A model generated the notes under the pieces. The model did not search any database. It was not told the DNA's origin and was given only the letters and a program-made list of their open reading frames with translations. The translations under genes were made by a program, and so were the position numbers. A stretch of DNA of 64,000 bases from NCBI GenBank assembly GCA_046719065.1, contig JBDNDP010000015.1, positions 9,616 through 73,615 on the forward strand, in the 5' to 3' direction. This document shows, one piece after another, positions 12,017-22,526 of this stretch. How positions within the stretch are numbered: position 1 is the first letter of the stretch; the number at the start of each line of letters is the position of its first letter. The stretch comes from Aggregatilineales bacterium. GTDB lineage: Bacteria > Chloroflexota > Anaerolineae > Aggregatilineales > Phototrophicaceae.

Positions 12017-13138
12017 TCATTGAGCGGCATCGATCAAGTTCTGAATGATGCGCGCGTGGCGCAGCGCCTCCGCCGTGCCGGTGCTCGGCCGGCGGTTTGA
12101 GCATACATTATCATAAAAGGCGAGCAGCTCGCTGCGAAAGGCCTCCTCATAAGAAACGATCACACGCTTTTCCCAAGCCAGTTCCCCTTCGTGCCCTTGA
12201 ATGATCACCGGGCTGGGAAAACTGCGCAAGTACGGCGAGGGGAATTGCAAATAAACGCGATCATGATTTCCGAGGAAGGCGTACTCCTCTCGATAGTCCT
12301 TCAGGTCAGAAAGCTGGTGCCAATCCAGCGAGACGTGTAAATCGTTCGGATAGCGCAGCAGCGCGTGAATCGACATTCCGTCGCGCCAAATGTGTGTGGT
12401 CGCCACGTTTTCTGGCTCGCCGAGGAAACCATCGAGAACGTAGATTTGGTGAATAAGGCTAACCGTCATCAGGCCGTAAGCCAGCCGCAGGCGCGGAACC
12501 TGACGCCGCTCTTTAAGCGCTTCATCGACCAGCGGCGCAAGCGAGCCGCCAGCGAGTCCTTCGAGCCCCCCCCTCACTTGTTCTGCCCATGTTCCGGGCG
12601 GGCGATGCCCCTCTAGGATCACACCATCGCCACGGCGCACGCGATGATGCGCCCAACCAAGTTCATCGGCCGGGTGCAGCACTGTGATGCGGACATGAGC
12701 GAGATCGCGCATCTCGCATACTCGGTCACGCGCGTAAGCGAAAGCGGGGTCATACAGCTTGTGATAACCAACTTGTATGATGCGGTCACTTGCTTCGGCC
12801 GCTCGCGCGATCGTTTCAATTTCGCGCACATTCCATGCCAAAGGCTTTTCAACGAAGATGTGCTTGCCAGCCTCTATCGCAGCCATAACGGTTTCGAAAT
12901 GTGAGCCGCTGTGAAAGATGCCGACTGCGTCGATATCCTGCTGGGCGAGCAAGGCGCGAAAATCGGTGTACTGTCGCTCTGGCGGGATGTGATAGCGCTT
13001 GGCGACCGCTTCAAGCGTTGGGGCGTGCGCGTCCGAAAGCGCTGCAATTTGGAACCGTTCGTCATCTGCCAAGTGAGGCAAATGCATCATCTGGGCGATG
13101 CCGCCGCAGCCAATGATGCCGATTGTTAAGTGATTCAT
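12017..13138 (-). CDS. Gfo/Idh/MocA family oxidoreductase
   Basis: IGCGGIA Rossmann motif and HIFVEKP. Confidence 0.88.
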   Translation of the reverse strand: MNHLTIGIIGCGGIAQMMHLPHLADDERFQIAALSDAHAPTLEAVAKRYHIPPERQYTDFRALLAQQDIDAVGIFHSGSHFETVMAAIEAGKHIFVEKPLAWNVREIETIARAAEASDRIIQVGYHKLYDPAFAYARDRVCEMRDLAHVRITVLHPADELGWAHHRVRRGDGVILEGHRPPGTWAEQVRGGLEGLAGGSLAPLVDEALKERRQVPRLRLAYGLMTVSLIHQIYVLDGFLGEPENVATTHIWRDGMSIHALLRYPNDLHVSLDWHQLSDLKDYREEYAFLGNHDRVYLQFPSPYLRSFPSPVIIQGHEGELAWEKRVIVSYEEAFRSELLAFYDNVCSNRRPSTGTAEALRHARIIQNLIDAAQ

Positions 13139-13222
13139 GATCTTCTTAGCTCCAAGTGATGCTGCATTAGTCAAGAACGTCTAAACTCCATTTGATTTTA
13201 ACGCGCAGGATTATAAGACCTC

Positions 13223-13702
13223 ATGACGAAGAGCACTTTTGAGCGCACGTCGGTCATTCCGGCGACCATGGAGCAGATGCTCGCATTCCATGCGCATCCC
13301 AAGGCGCTTCAGTGGCTAACGCCGCCGCCGATCTTCGCACAGATGCATCGCGATGACCGGCATTCGCTGGCTGAGGGTGAATTGGAATTTACCCTGTGGT
13401 TTGGCCCGATACCCTTCCGCTGGATCGCCCGGCATGAGCCCGGGCCAACTCCGACGTCGTTCGCTGACCGAATGGTGAGTGGCCCGCTGGCGTCTTGGTA
13501 TCACCAGCACATTTTCTCAGAAGTGCCAGGAGGTGTTCGTCTCACCGATCGTATCGAGCTTGAGCACAAACCTGGACTACGTGGATTTTTCACCCGTTTG
13601 ATGTTTGATGGCCTGCCCCTGCGCATCCTCTTTTTCTATCGGCATTTACGAACACGGTACAGTGTTCCCAAGTTCGATCGACCCGCCGAGGTTAATTCAT
13701 GA
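13223..13702 (+). CDS. SRPBCC/cyclase-like ligand-binding protein
   Basis: FHAHPKAL..LTPP and FADRMVSGPLASWYHQH pattern; first gene of an overlapping-codon operon. Confidence 0.75.
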   Translation: MTKSTFERTSVIPATMEQMLAFHAHPKALQWLTPPPIFAQMHRDDRHSLAEGELEFTLWFGPIPFRWIARHEPGPTPTSFADRMVSGPLASWYHQHIFSEVPGGVRLTDRIELEHKPGLRGFFTRLMFDGLPLRILFFYRHLRTRYSVPKFDRPAEVNS

Positions 13703-15243
13703 CAGCACCCTCAGGTAGCGCTAAGATCGTCATCATTGGCGCAGGTATCGGTGGATTAACGGCCGCTGCATTGCTCGCTCAAGCGGGTTACGAGGTGACC
13801 GTTTTGGAGGCGCAAACTTATCCCGGGGGGTCTGCGGGCACTTTTTTCCATAAGGGATATCGCTTTGAGGCTGGGGCGACTGTCGCAGGCGGCTTTCAGC
13901 CCATGGGCCCGCATGCGATTGTTGGCGAACGCCTCGGCATCGAATGGCCGGTTCGTCTGCACGAGCCAGCGTGGGTCGTCCACTTGCCTGACCGGTTGGT
14001 CGCTCTGACCCGCGATAACGCTGATGTTTTGGAAAAATTTCCGCGCAGTGCCTTTTTTTGGGATGAGCAAGCGGCGCTGGCTGATCTCGGTTGGTCGCTC
14101 TCCGCGCAGGGACTGCCATGGCCTCCAGTTGATGCCAGTGAACTGCGCCGGATCGTCGCGATCGGCGTGCACAATTTCCCGCGCGATCTGCGTGTGATTC
14201 CCTTTGCCTTGACATCCACTTATCGCTGGCTGCAAGCGCGTGGTTTAGCCTCCGATGAGGCTTTCGTCCGTTTTATAGATGCCCAGCTGCTGATCTCGGC
14301 ACAAACGACAGCGCGCGGTGCGAATGCGATGTACAGCGCCACGGCGCTCGATCTCGCTCGTCAAGGCGTTTATCATGTCGAAGGTGGCATCGGTGGTTTG
14401 GCGCAGGCATTAGTCGAGGCTGTGGAAGGTTACGGCGGGCAAGTGCTTTATCGACAGCGGGTGGAGCGCATCGATGTGCAGGGCGGTCGTGTCGTCTCGG
14501 TGCGCGCGCGGCGCGGCCAAACATTCCCATGCGACTTTGTGCTAGCTAATCTCACACCGTGGTCGCTTGATGCGCTGCTTGCAGAGAACAGCCCGACAAA
14601 ACTTCGTCGAGAAATTGCGAACCGCAGGCTGGGGTGGGGGGCATTTGTGCTGCATCTCGGCGTGCGCGCTGACGCGCTTCCCGCTGATCTGCCCGACCAT
14701 CATCAGATCATTACCTCTTTGCGTGGGCCGCTCGGCGAGGGGCGCAGTATCTTCATGTCTTTCTCGCCGCTGTGGGACGCATCGCGCGCCCCGCATGGCT
14801 ATCGCGCGCTCACCGTGACTACGCATACGGATGTCACCCTGTGGCGCGATGCGCTTCTGCAAAGCAGAGCTGCCTATGAGGATCGAAAAGCGGAGTACAC
14901 CGAGCGCATCCTCGCTGCGATTGAGCACGTGCTGCCGGGTTTTTCCTCTGGCATTGCGCTGGCCATGGCTGGCACACCGCAAACGTACCAGTTCTATACC
15001 GGCCGACATTTGGGAATGGTGGGCGGCTTTCCGCAAACTTCATTGTTCAAGGCGCGTGGCCCGCTGACGGGCATTCATAACTTGCGCTTGGTCGGCGATT
15101 CAATCTTCCCCGGCCAATCGACAGCGGGCGTATCGCTTGGGGCCATGCGCGTCGTGGCCGATGTGCAGCGCCGGCTGCCGCCCGCCGAGCCGCGCATGTA
15201 TTCCCTGCCTTCGTCCGCTTCAGTCGAGGCTGCTGCATCATGA
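13699..15243 (+). CDS. Phytoene desaturase-family FAD oxidoreductase (resembles cyanobacterial C-3',4' desaturase CrtD)
   Basis: IIGAGIGG FAD motif, GGSAGTF..FEAGAT, VGDSIFPG; carotenoid/light gene context. Confidence 0.75.
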   Translation: MTAPSGSAKIVIIGAGIGGLTAAALLAQAGYEVTVLEAQTYPGGSAGTFFHKGYRFEAGATVAGGFQPMGPHAIVGERLGIEWPVRLHEPAWVVHLPDRLVALTRDNADVLEKFPRSAFFWDEQAALADLGWSLSAQGLPWPPVDASELRRIVAIGVHNFPRDLRVIPFALTSTYRWLQARGLASDEAFVRFIDAQLLISAQTTARGANAMYSATALDLARQGVYHVEGGIGGLAQALVEAVEGYGGQVLYRQRVERIDVQGGRVVSVRARRGQTFPCDFVLANLTPWSLDALLAENSPTKLRREIANRRLGWGAFVLHLGVRADALPADLPDHHQIITSLRGPLGEGRSIFMSFSPLWDASRAPHGYRALTVTTHTDVTLWRDALLQSRAAYEDRKAEYTERILAAIEHVLPGFSSGIALAMAGTPQTYQFYTGRHLGMVGGFPQTSLFKARGPLTGIHNLRLVGDSIFPGQSTAGVSLGAMRVVADVQRRLPPAEPRMYSLPSSASVEAAAS

Positions 15244-16667
15244 GCGATGCGCCGGTCATCCATTGGTTTCGCCGTGATCTGCGCTTGAGCGACAACACTG
15301 CGCTCGCGGCCGCGCTCCGGACCAATGCGCCCGTCCTCCCTTTGTTCATCTTCGATCCAGCCTTACTTGCCGGAGAGCGCTTTAGCAGCGCACGGCTGGC
15401 ATTTATGCTGAAAGGGCTGCAGGCGATCGCAGAAGCGATCAAACAGTTTGGAGGCAATCTCTTCGTTCGCCACGGCGATCCGCAAGTCGTACTGCCCCAA
15501 TTAGTTGACCAAGTGGGCGCGCAAGCGGTTTACTGGAATCGTGACTATTCTCCTTACGCGCGCCATCGAGATGCTGCGCTTGAACGGGCGCTGGCCATTC
15601 CCATTTATTCGTTTGACGATTTACTGCTGCATGAACCCGGGTCCGTGCTCAAAGAGGATGGACAGCCCTACACCATCTATACCCCTTTTTGGCGACGCTG
15701 GGCATCACGCCCCAAGCCCGCGCCAATCTCCGTACGACTTGAGCGCGGCTGCTTTTGTACATCAGATGCTGTTAGCCCAGATAACCTGCCAACAGCGGCT
15801 GAACTGGGCTGCGCGGATGCGATCGCTGTGCCAGAGGCAGGCGAGAGAGTAGCTCGGCGTCGGCTGGAAGCTTTTATCGAGCAGGATATCTTTCAGTATG
15901 CCGAACGCCGCAACGACCTCGTTGCTGAGCCGTTTACGGATCCTGCGCCAAAGGGAACTAGCTATTTATCGCCTTACATTCGCTTCGGCATGCTTTCCCC
16001 ACGCCAGTTGTACGCAGCAGCCGCTAAAGCGCGCGATGCTGCCTCGAGCCGAACTAGCCGCGCATCGGCCGAAACTTGGATCGGCGAGCTGGCTTGGCGG
16101 GAATTCTACACTCACATTCTCTATCACTTTCCGCAGGTGCTCAATACCAGTTTTCGCCCTGAGTATGAAAATGTTGAATGGCGCAGCGCGCCGGCGGAGC
16201 TTGAGCGATGGCAGGCTGGGCAAACGGGATTTCCGATCGTTGATGCTGCCATGCGTCAGCTCAACACTATCGGCTGGATGCACAACCGCGCCCGGATGAT
16301 CGTCGCCAGCTTTCTGACCAAGGATTTGCTTATTTACTGGCGAGAGGGCGAAACCTATTTCATGCGTCGCCTCATTGATGGCGATCCGGCAGCGAACAAT
16401 GGGGGCTGGCAGTGGTCTGCCGGAACAGGCACCGATGCACAGCCGTACTTCCGCATTTTTAACCCTGTCTCGCAGTCTCAGAAATTTGACCCGAACGGCG
16501 CCTACATTCGTCGGTGGGTGCCAGAGCTGCGGGATGTGCCCGCTAAGTTCATCCATGCGCCGTGGCAGTTGGATGAACCTCCGCGCGCTTACCCACCGCC
16601 TATGATCGACCATTCGGCCGCGCGCGCGCGTACTTTAACCGCCTTCAAAGCGATCAAAATCTCATGA
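15240..16667 (+). CDS. phrB: DNA photolyase (CPD type, canonical domain order)
   Basis: WFRRDLRLSDN, TSYLSPY, GWMHNRARM, NNGGWQW, RIFNP. Confidence 0.93.
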   Translation: MSDAPVIHWFRRDLRLSDNTALAAALRTNAPVLPLFIFDPALLAGERFSSARLAFMLKGLQAIAEAIKQFGGNLFVRHGDPQVVLPQLVDQVGAQAVYWNRDYSPYARHRDAALERALAIPIYSFDDLLLHEPGSVLKEDGQPYTIYTPFWRRWASRPKPAPISVRLERGCFCTSDAVSPDNLPTAAELGCADAIAVPEAGERVARRRLEAFIEQDIFQYAERRNDLVAEPFTDPAPKGTSYLSPYIRFGMLSPRQLYAAAAKARDAASSRTSRASAETWIGELAWREFYTHILYHFPQVLNTSFRPEYENVEWRSAPAELERWQAGQTGFPIVDAAMRQLNTIGWMHNRARMIVASFLTKDLLIYWREGETYFMRRLIDGDPAANNGGWQWSAGTGTDAQPYFRIFNPVSQSQKFDPNGAYIRRWVPELRDVPAKFIHAPWQLDEPPRAYPPPMIDHSAARARTLTAFKAIKIS

Positions 16668-17665
16668 AACGATGGCTGCTTCGCATTCTGGTTTTCTTGC
16701 TGATCGTGATCTTCATTGTGCCTCTGCTCATCCCCTTGCCTCCAGATGGAGTTGCGGCTGAGACGCTGGCCGATCCAGATGGCCGTTTCATCGATGTGAA
16801 TGGGCTGCAAACTTATTTCATCGAACGTGGCCCGAGTAACGGGCAGCCGGTTCTGCTGCTGCACGGGTGGGGCGCTTCGACTTTTTCTTGGCGCGATAAC
16901 ATCGACGCGCTGGTAGAGTACGGCTACCGCGTCATCGCTTTTGACCGGCCGCCCTATGGCCTTTCGGCCAAAGCTGGCGACAACCTGCCCCTAACACAGA
17001 GCCAGCAAGCTGTTTTCACCGCGGCCTTTATGGATGCGCTCCAGCTTGAGCGCGCAGCGCTGATCGGGCACAGCATGGGGGCTGGCACGATCGGGTATTT
17101 CGCTGCGGCGTTTCCAGAACGAGTCGACAAGCTGGTTTTTGTTGGCGGCGCGCCACGAATTGGCGAAGCGCAAGGCGGCAGCTCACGACTTAACGATTCG
17201 CTCGGCGTCCCAACTATCGTCAACAGCGTCTTAGAATTTCCGTCGTTCAACCGGTGGGCGCGTATTTTGGCGCGGGCATTCGTGCGGCCTGAAACGTTCA
17301 CCGACTTACAACGCAGCGCTTATTATGACCCGTCTATCGTCACTGAAGAAGTCGCAGCAGGCTACCAGCGACAGCTTCAGGTGGTCGGTTGGGATGAAGC
17401 CCTGATCAAAATTTTATCCGGCCGTGGTTTCGGCGATCAGCCGCTCACTCCTGAGCAAATCCAAGCCATTGAAGCGCCCGCGCTGATTGTTTGGGGTGAG
17501 AACGATACGTGGGTGCCCCTAGAAGCTGGCGAGCGCCTGCGCGAACTGCTGCCGAATGTTGAGTGGGTCGTTTATCCTCAAGTAGGGCATCTCCCCATGG
17601 AAGAGGTGCCAGCGCGGTTTAATGCTGATATCTTGTCTTTCTTGAGAGGGGAAGCTAGTGAATAA
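16664..17665 (+). CDS. Membrane-anchored alpha/beta hydrolase
   Basis: N-terminal TM segment, LHGWG, GHSMG nucleophile elbow, GHLP. Confidence 0.88.
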   Translation: MKRWLLRILVFLLIVIFIVPLLIPLPPDGVAAETLADPDGRFIDVNGLQTYFIERGPSNGQPVLLLHGWGASTFSWRDNIDALVEYGYRVIAFDRPPYGLSAKAGDNLPLTQSQQAVFTAAFMDALQLERAALIGHSMGAGTIGYFAAAFPERVDKLVFVGGAPRIGEAQGGSSRLNDSLGVPTIVNSVLEFPSFNRWARILARAFVRPETFTDLQRSAYYDPSIVTEEVAAGYQRQLQVVGWDEALIKILSGRGFGDQPLTPEQIQAIEAPALIVWGENDTWVPLEAGERLRELLPNVEWVVYPQVGHLPMEEVPARFNADILSFLRGEASE

Positions 17666-18440
17666 AGATGTCGTTCGACAGACTGTCAATCTTGCCGCCG
17701 TGATTGTCACGCTTACGATCAACGCTCTGTCACAAGCGCTGCCGTTTAACAACCAAACCAGCGCCGAAATCGCTAATCGCTTCACCGATAACTACTTCTT
17801 GCCTGCCAATTATGTGTTCAGCATTTGGGGTGTCATTTATATCGGGTTGATCGCCTTTGGTATTTTTCAGGCCTTGCCCTCGCAGCGTGAAAACTCACGT
17901 TTGCGTCGTGTTGGCTATTGGTTTTTGATTGGCAGCATTGGCAATTCTGCATGGCTCTTTCTATTCCACTATGAGCTATTCGCTTTGAGCACTGTGGCAA
18001 TGGTCGTGCTGCTCGTTTCGCTTGTGGTTACTTACTTGCGTATTCGCCAGGGCGCTGACTCTATCTCGACTGCTGAACAGCTCTGCGTGCACGTACCTTT
18101 CAGCGTTTACCTCGGCTGGATTACAGTGGCCACAGTTGCGAACATTACTTATGTGCTGCTCGATAGCCGCTGGGATGGTTTTGGCGTCGGCTATGAGGTC
18201 TGGGGAATTGTGATGATCGTCGTGGCCGCGCTCATCGCAGGGGCCTTTGCTTTCATCAACCGCGATGTCATTTATGCTGCCGTCATTGTTTGGTCGTTTG
18301 CCGGCATCCTTGTTCGCCATGTTGATGTGAACGCTGTGGCAGCCGCTGCCGGGGTGATGGCAGTGGCGGTTGGAGCAGTAGCAGTCGTCAGCTTTTTGAC
18401 GCGTCAGTCGAAGAACGGCCTTCAACATGGCCGGCTATAA
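17658..18440 (+). CDS. TspO-like tryptophan-rich membrane protein
   Basis: Multi-TM; PANYVFSIWGVIY and PFSVYLGWITVA motifs. Confidence 0.75.
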   Translation: MNKDVVRQTVNLAAVIVTLTINALSQALPFNNQTSAEIANRFTDNYFLPANYVFSIWGVIYIGLIAFGIFQALPSQRENSRLRRVGYWFLIGSIGNSAWLFLFHYELFALSTVAMVVLLVSLVVTYLRIRQGADSISTAEQLCVHVPFSVYLGWITVATVANITYVLLDSRWDGFGVGYEVWGIVMIVVAALIAGAFAFINRDVIYAAVIVWSFAGILVRHVDVNAVAAAAGVMAVAVGAVAVVSFLTRQSKNGLQHGRL

Positions 18441-18454
18441 CAAAGGAGTTGGAC

Positions 18455-19087
18455 GTGCCTGAAGCTTTGATCTGGGGTGCTTCCGGTGGCATCGGAGGCG
18501 CGCTCGTGCGCTTGCTTAAAAACAACGGTTGGCGCGTTTACGCGGCAGCGCGCGATGAGCAGCGCGTCCCTGCTGAGGCGGACCTTATTTGCTCATTCGA
18601 TGCGAGCAATGACTTCAGCATTCAGCAAGTTGCCCTACAAGTCGCTCAAGAAGGCGGCAGCCTCGATATGGTCGTTTACGCGGCAGGTGGATTGGTTGCT
18701 GCCACTATTGACTCATTCGACGCCATGACGTGGAAGTCAGTCCTCGATGCCAATCTGAATGGCGCGCAGAGAGCCGCTCGCGAGGGCATACACTTGCTTC
18801 GAGAAGGGGGCCATATGATGTTCCTTGGCGCCTATGTCGATAAGATCACGCTGCCGAAGTTCGGCGCTTATGCGGCTGCTAAGGCTGGCCTCGAACCGCT
18901 CGTGACCATCCTTCAGAAGGAAAACCGAAAGCTCAAATTTACGTTAGCGCAGCTGGGTGCTGTTGAGACGCCGTTTTGGGCCAATGTCCCTTTCAGTTTG
19001 CCAAAAACAGCTAGTAAGCCGGAAACCATCGCGCAGGCGCTGCTTGCAAGGTTTGAGAGTGGCGAAAGTGGCCTCCTTGATTTGTGA
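18455..19087 (+). CDS. Short-chain dehydrogenase/reductase
   Basis: GASGGIG and YAAAK; GTG 18455 chosen on RBS spacing. Confidence 0.88.
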   Translation: MPEALIWGASGGIGGALVRLLKNNGWRVYAAARDEQRVPAEADLICSFDASNDFSIQQVALQVAQEGGSLDMVVYAAGGLVAATIDSFDAMTWKSVLDANLNGAQRAAREGIHLLREGGHMMFLGAYVDKITLPKFGAYAAAKAGLEPLVTILQKENRKLKFTLAQLGAVETPFWANVPFSLPKTASKPETIAQALLARFESGESGLLDL

Positions 19088-19114
19088 TCCGCTGCTGCTG
19101 TAGCAGTTTTCGAC

Positions 19115-19142
19115 TTGACAAGTCGTTCGGCTGCGTTATGCT
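19115..19142 (+). promoter_or_regulatory. Sigma70-type promoter of the arg leader/argGH
   Basis: TTGACA (19115-19120), 16 nt spacer, TATGCT (19137-19142); predicted +1 near 19149. Confidence 0.7.
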
Positions 19143-19148
19143 TATCAT

Positions 19149-19238
19149 ATGAACTGCGAGCACAAACGGTTCGTCTTTCGCCTGCGTCGTCGCCGTGATC
19201 GATATGGGTCCGGCGGCTTCTTGCTGCGCAGCGGTTGA
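19149..19238 (+). CDS. Putative Arg-rich leader peptide MNCEHKRFVFRLRRRRDRYGSGGFLLRSG (29 aa)
   Basis: Hand-translated; 8 Arg codons including 4 consecutive; lies between the promoter and a terminator upstream of argG. Confidence 0.78.
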   Translation: MNCEHKRFVFRLRRRRDRYGSGGFLLRSG

Positions 19239-19258
19239 AAGGCAATCGCTTCGACTCG

Positions 19259-19290
19259 AAGACCTCGGACCCATTCGAGGTCTTTTTGTT
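19259..19290 (+). terminator. Attenuator terminator upstream of argG
   Basis: GACCTCGGA-CCCA-TTCGAGGTC stem followed by TTTTTGTT. Confidence 0.85.
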
Positions 19291-19312
19291 TGCCACTACT
19301 TAGGAGAGGGTC

Positions 19313-20575
<1,263 letters not shown>

Positions 20576-20596
20576 TCGGCGGCGAGGGAGAGGACG

Positions 20597-21985
20597 ATGA
20601 GGCTGTGGGGAGGGCGTTTCAGCGAACCCAGCGCTGCTGAGCTGCGCGCGCTTAATGACAGTTTGAGCTTTGACCAACGCCTCGCGCTGCATGATATTGC
20701 GGGGAGCCTCGCCTATGCACGAGCGCTCGCTGCGGCTGGTGTGCTTCAGGCGCGTGAAGCTGAGACGATTATTTCCGGTCTAGAGCAAGTACGCGCAGAG
20801 TTTGAGGCGGGCGTTTTTCAGTTCGGGCCATTTGATGAGGATATTCACACGGCTGTTGAACGACGTTTGACCGAGTTAGTTGGGCCAGTTGGGGGCAAAC
20901 TGCACACCGGCCGCAGCCGCAACGATCAAGTCGCCACGGATGTTCGTTTATGGACGCGCGAGGCGCTTGCAGTCATAGATGGGCTTTTGGCCAGTGTGCA
21001 GTGGGCGCTGCTTCAACGTGCCCGCGAACATCTAGAAACGCTGATGCCCGGCTATACCCATTTTCAACCCGCACAGCCGATCACGGCGGGCCATTGGTTG
21101 CTCAGTTTTTTCTGGATGTTTGCGCGCGATCGAGAACGGTTGATCGACTGCCAACGACGGGTCAATGTTTCACCGTTGGGCAGTGGGGCGCTAGCGGGCA
21201 CGCCGTTCGCAGTCGACCGGGCAGCGCTGGCGGAAGCGCTTGGCTTTGCTTCGCATAGTCATAACAGCTTGGACGCCGTCAGCGATCGCGATTTTGTCGC
21301 TGAGACGCTGTTTGTGTTTGCTTTGATCGGAGTACACCTCAGCCGGCTGGCGGAAGATATCATCCTCTACAGCAACCCTTCGCTTGGGTTTGTGATGCTC
21401 GATGAGCGCTATAGCACCGGTTCGAGTTTAATGCCTCAGAAACGCAATGCCGATCCGATGGAGCTGACGCGCGGCAAGGCCGGCCGCTTGCTCGGAAACT
21501 TGGCCGGTTTGCTCGCAACTTTGAAAGGTCTGCCCAGTGCGTATAACAAAGATTTGCAAGAGGATAAAGAACCGCTGTTCGACTCTTTTGATGCGCTGCA
21601 GCGCTTACTGCCAGTCGTAGCGGCCGTCATCGCTAGCCTGCGCTTCAACTCCGATCGGATGCGCTCCGCCTTGACGGCGGATATGCTCGCGACCGATCTA
21701 GCGGATTATTTGGTCAAGCGCGATATACCGTTCCGAGAAGCCCATCATATCGTCGGCGAAGCGGTTCGGCTAGCAGCAGAGCAGGGCGTCACTTTGAACG
21801 AACTTCCACTGACGACTCTCCGCAAGCTGTCGAAGCTGTTTGATGAGGATGTTCAGTCTGTGTTCGATTTCCACGCCTCGGTGAGGCGTCGCACAGCCGA
21901 CGGCGGAACTGCGCCTGAAGCAGTTCAACGGCAGATCGATGAAGCTGAAGCGCTGATGGCCAAGCTCGCTATATACTGGACGTGA
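20597..21985 (+). CDS. argH: Argininosuccinate lyase
   Basis: LWGGRF, HTGRSRNDQ, GSSLMPQKRN, YNKDLQEDK. Confidence 0.98.
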   Translation: MRLWGGRFSEPSAAELRALNDSLSFDQRLALHDIAGSLAYARALAAAGVLQAREAETIISGLEQVRAEFEAGVFQFGPFDEDIHTAVERRLTELVGPVGGKLHTGRSRNDQVATDVRLWTREALAVIDGLLASVQWALLQRAREHLETLMPGYTHFQPAQPITAGHWLLSFFWMFARDRERLIDCQRRVNVSPLGSGALAGTPFAVDRAALAEALGFASHSHNSLDAVSDRDFVAETLFVFALIGVHLSRLAEDIILYSNPSLGFVMLDERYSTGSSLMPQKRNADPMELTRGKAGRLLGNLAGLLATLKGLPSAYNKDLQEDKEPLFDSFDALQRLLPVVAAVIASLRFNSDRMRSALTADMLATDLADYLVKRDIPFREAHHIVGEAVRLAAEQGVTLNELPLTTLRKLSKLFDEDVQSVFDFHASVRRRTADGGTAPEAVQRQIDEAEALMAKLAIYWT

Positions 21986-22051
21986 TGCACAAATGGATGC
22001 GGGCAGGTTGTACGAATTTGCACGATCTGCCATTTTTGTTTCTCTAAAGGG

Positions 22052-22080
22052 TTGACAGCGCTAGTGAATATCGTTACATT
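22052..22080 (+). promoter_or_regulatory. Sigma70-type promoter of the ilv-leu operon
   Basis: TTGACA, 17 nt, TACATT. Confidence 0.75.
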
Positions 22081-22112
22081 TTATATCAAGTGCGTTATAA
22101 ACAGAGTCTAAC

Positions 22113-22190
22113 ATGCAGATCAGCCAGCGCATCTCCATTAGCATTAGCCTTATTACGATCGTACTCGTCCTTATTGGTGGCGGGCTATAA
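22113..22190 (+). CDS. ilv-leu leader peptide MQISQRISISISLITIVLVLIGGGL (25 aa)
   Basis: Hand-translated; 7 Ile, 4 Leu, 2 Val; followed by antiterminator and terminator. Confidence 0.88.
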   Translation: MQISQRISISISLITIVLVLIGGGL

Positions 22191-22228
22191 ATGCTTGGGT
22201 GCTGATGGTAGCGCAGTGTGAATGAGTG

Positions 22229-22257
22229 AAAAAGCCCCCAAGCAGGGGGTTTTTTTG
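22229..22257 (+). terminator. ilv-leu attenuator terminator
   Basis: AAAAAGCCCCC-AAGCA-GGGGGTTTTTTT. Confidence 0.88.
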
Positions 22258-22526
22258 TGCTAAGGAGCGTATCTTTAAATGAACGGGCCCCGGGGCTGTG
22301 CTGAACAGCCGGCAGCGAAAGCAGCGATGAGTGCATCGACTTCTTGGAAGTCACAGCACGCCGGGGCGCGCACTGCGGCCAGCGCCAGCGCTTTTTCTGG
22401 CCCGCAGGTGGTCGCTCATCGTGGCTCACCAGTTATTGTGACGCGCTTTCCACTCGTCAAGGTCATTCTCAGGCCTGCGCAGAGGAAAGCGCGTTTTTTT
22501 TCGCGCGCATCGCAAGGAGCTCAATA

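Noticed and set aside
13140-13222. CarH/LitR operator; TTATAAGA shared with the region upstream of DUF2256 (about 45507)
   Set aside because: No clear 11-bp tandem repeats, and the shared 8-mer is explicable as a -10 element.
22400-22425. T-box riboswitch (AGGTGGTCGC resembles GGTGGNACC)
   Set aside because: The ACC of the T-box bulge is missing and no recognisable specifier stem I was found.
22344-22526. N-terminal extension of ilvE given in the ORF track
   Set aside because: Homology begins at MPAPYVW with its own AAGGAG RBS. Similar over-extensions were trimmed for gnd, pfkA, acs, ilvB, leuC, leuB, thrC and thrB.
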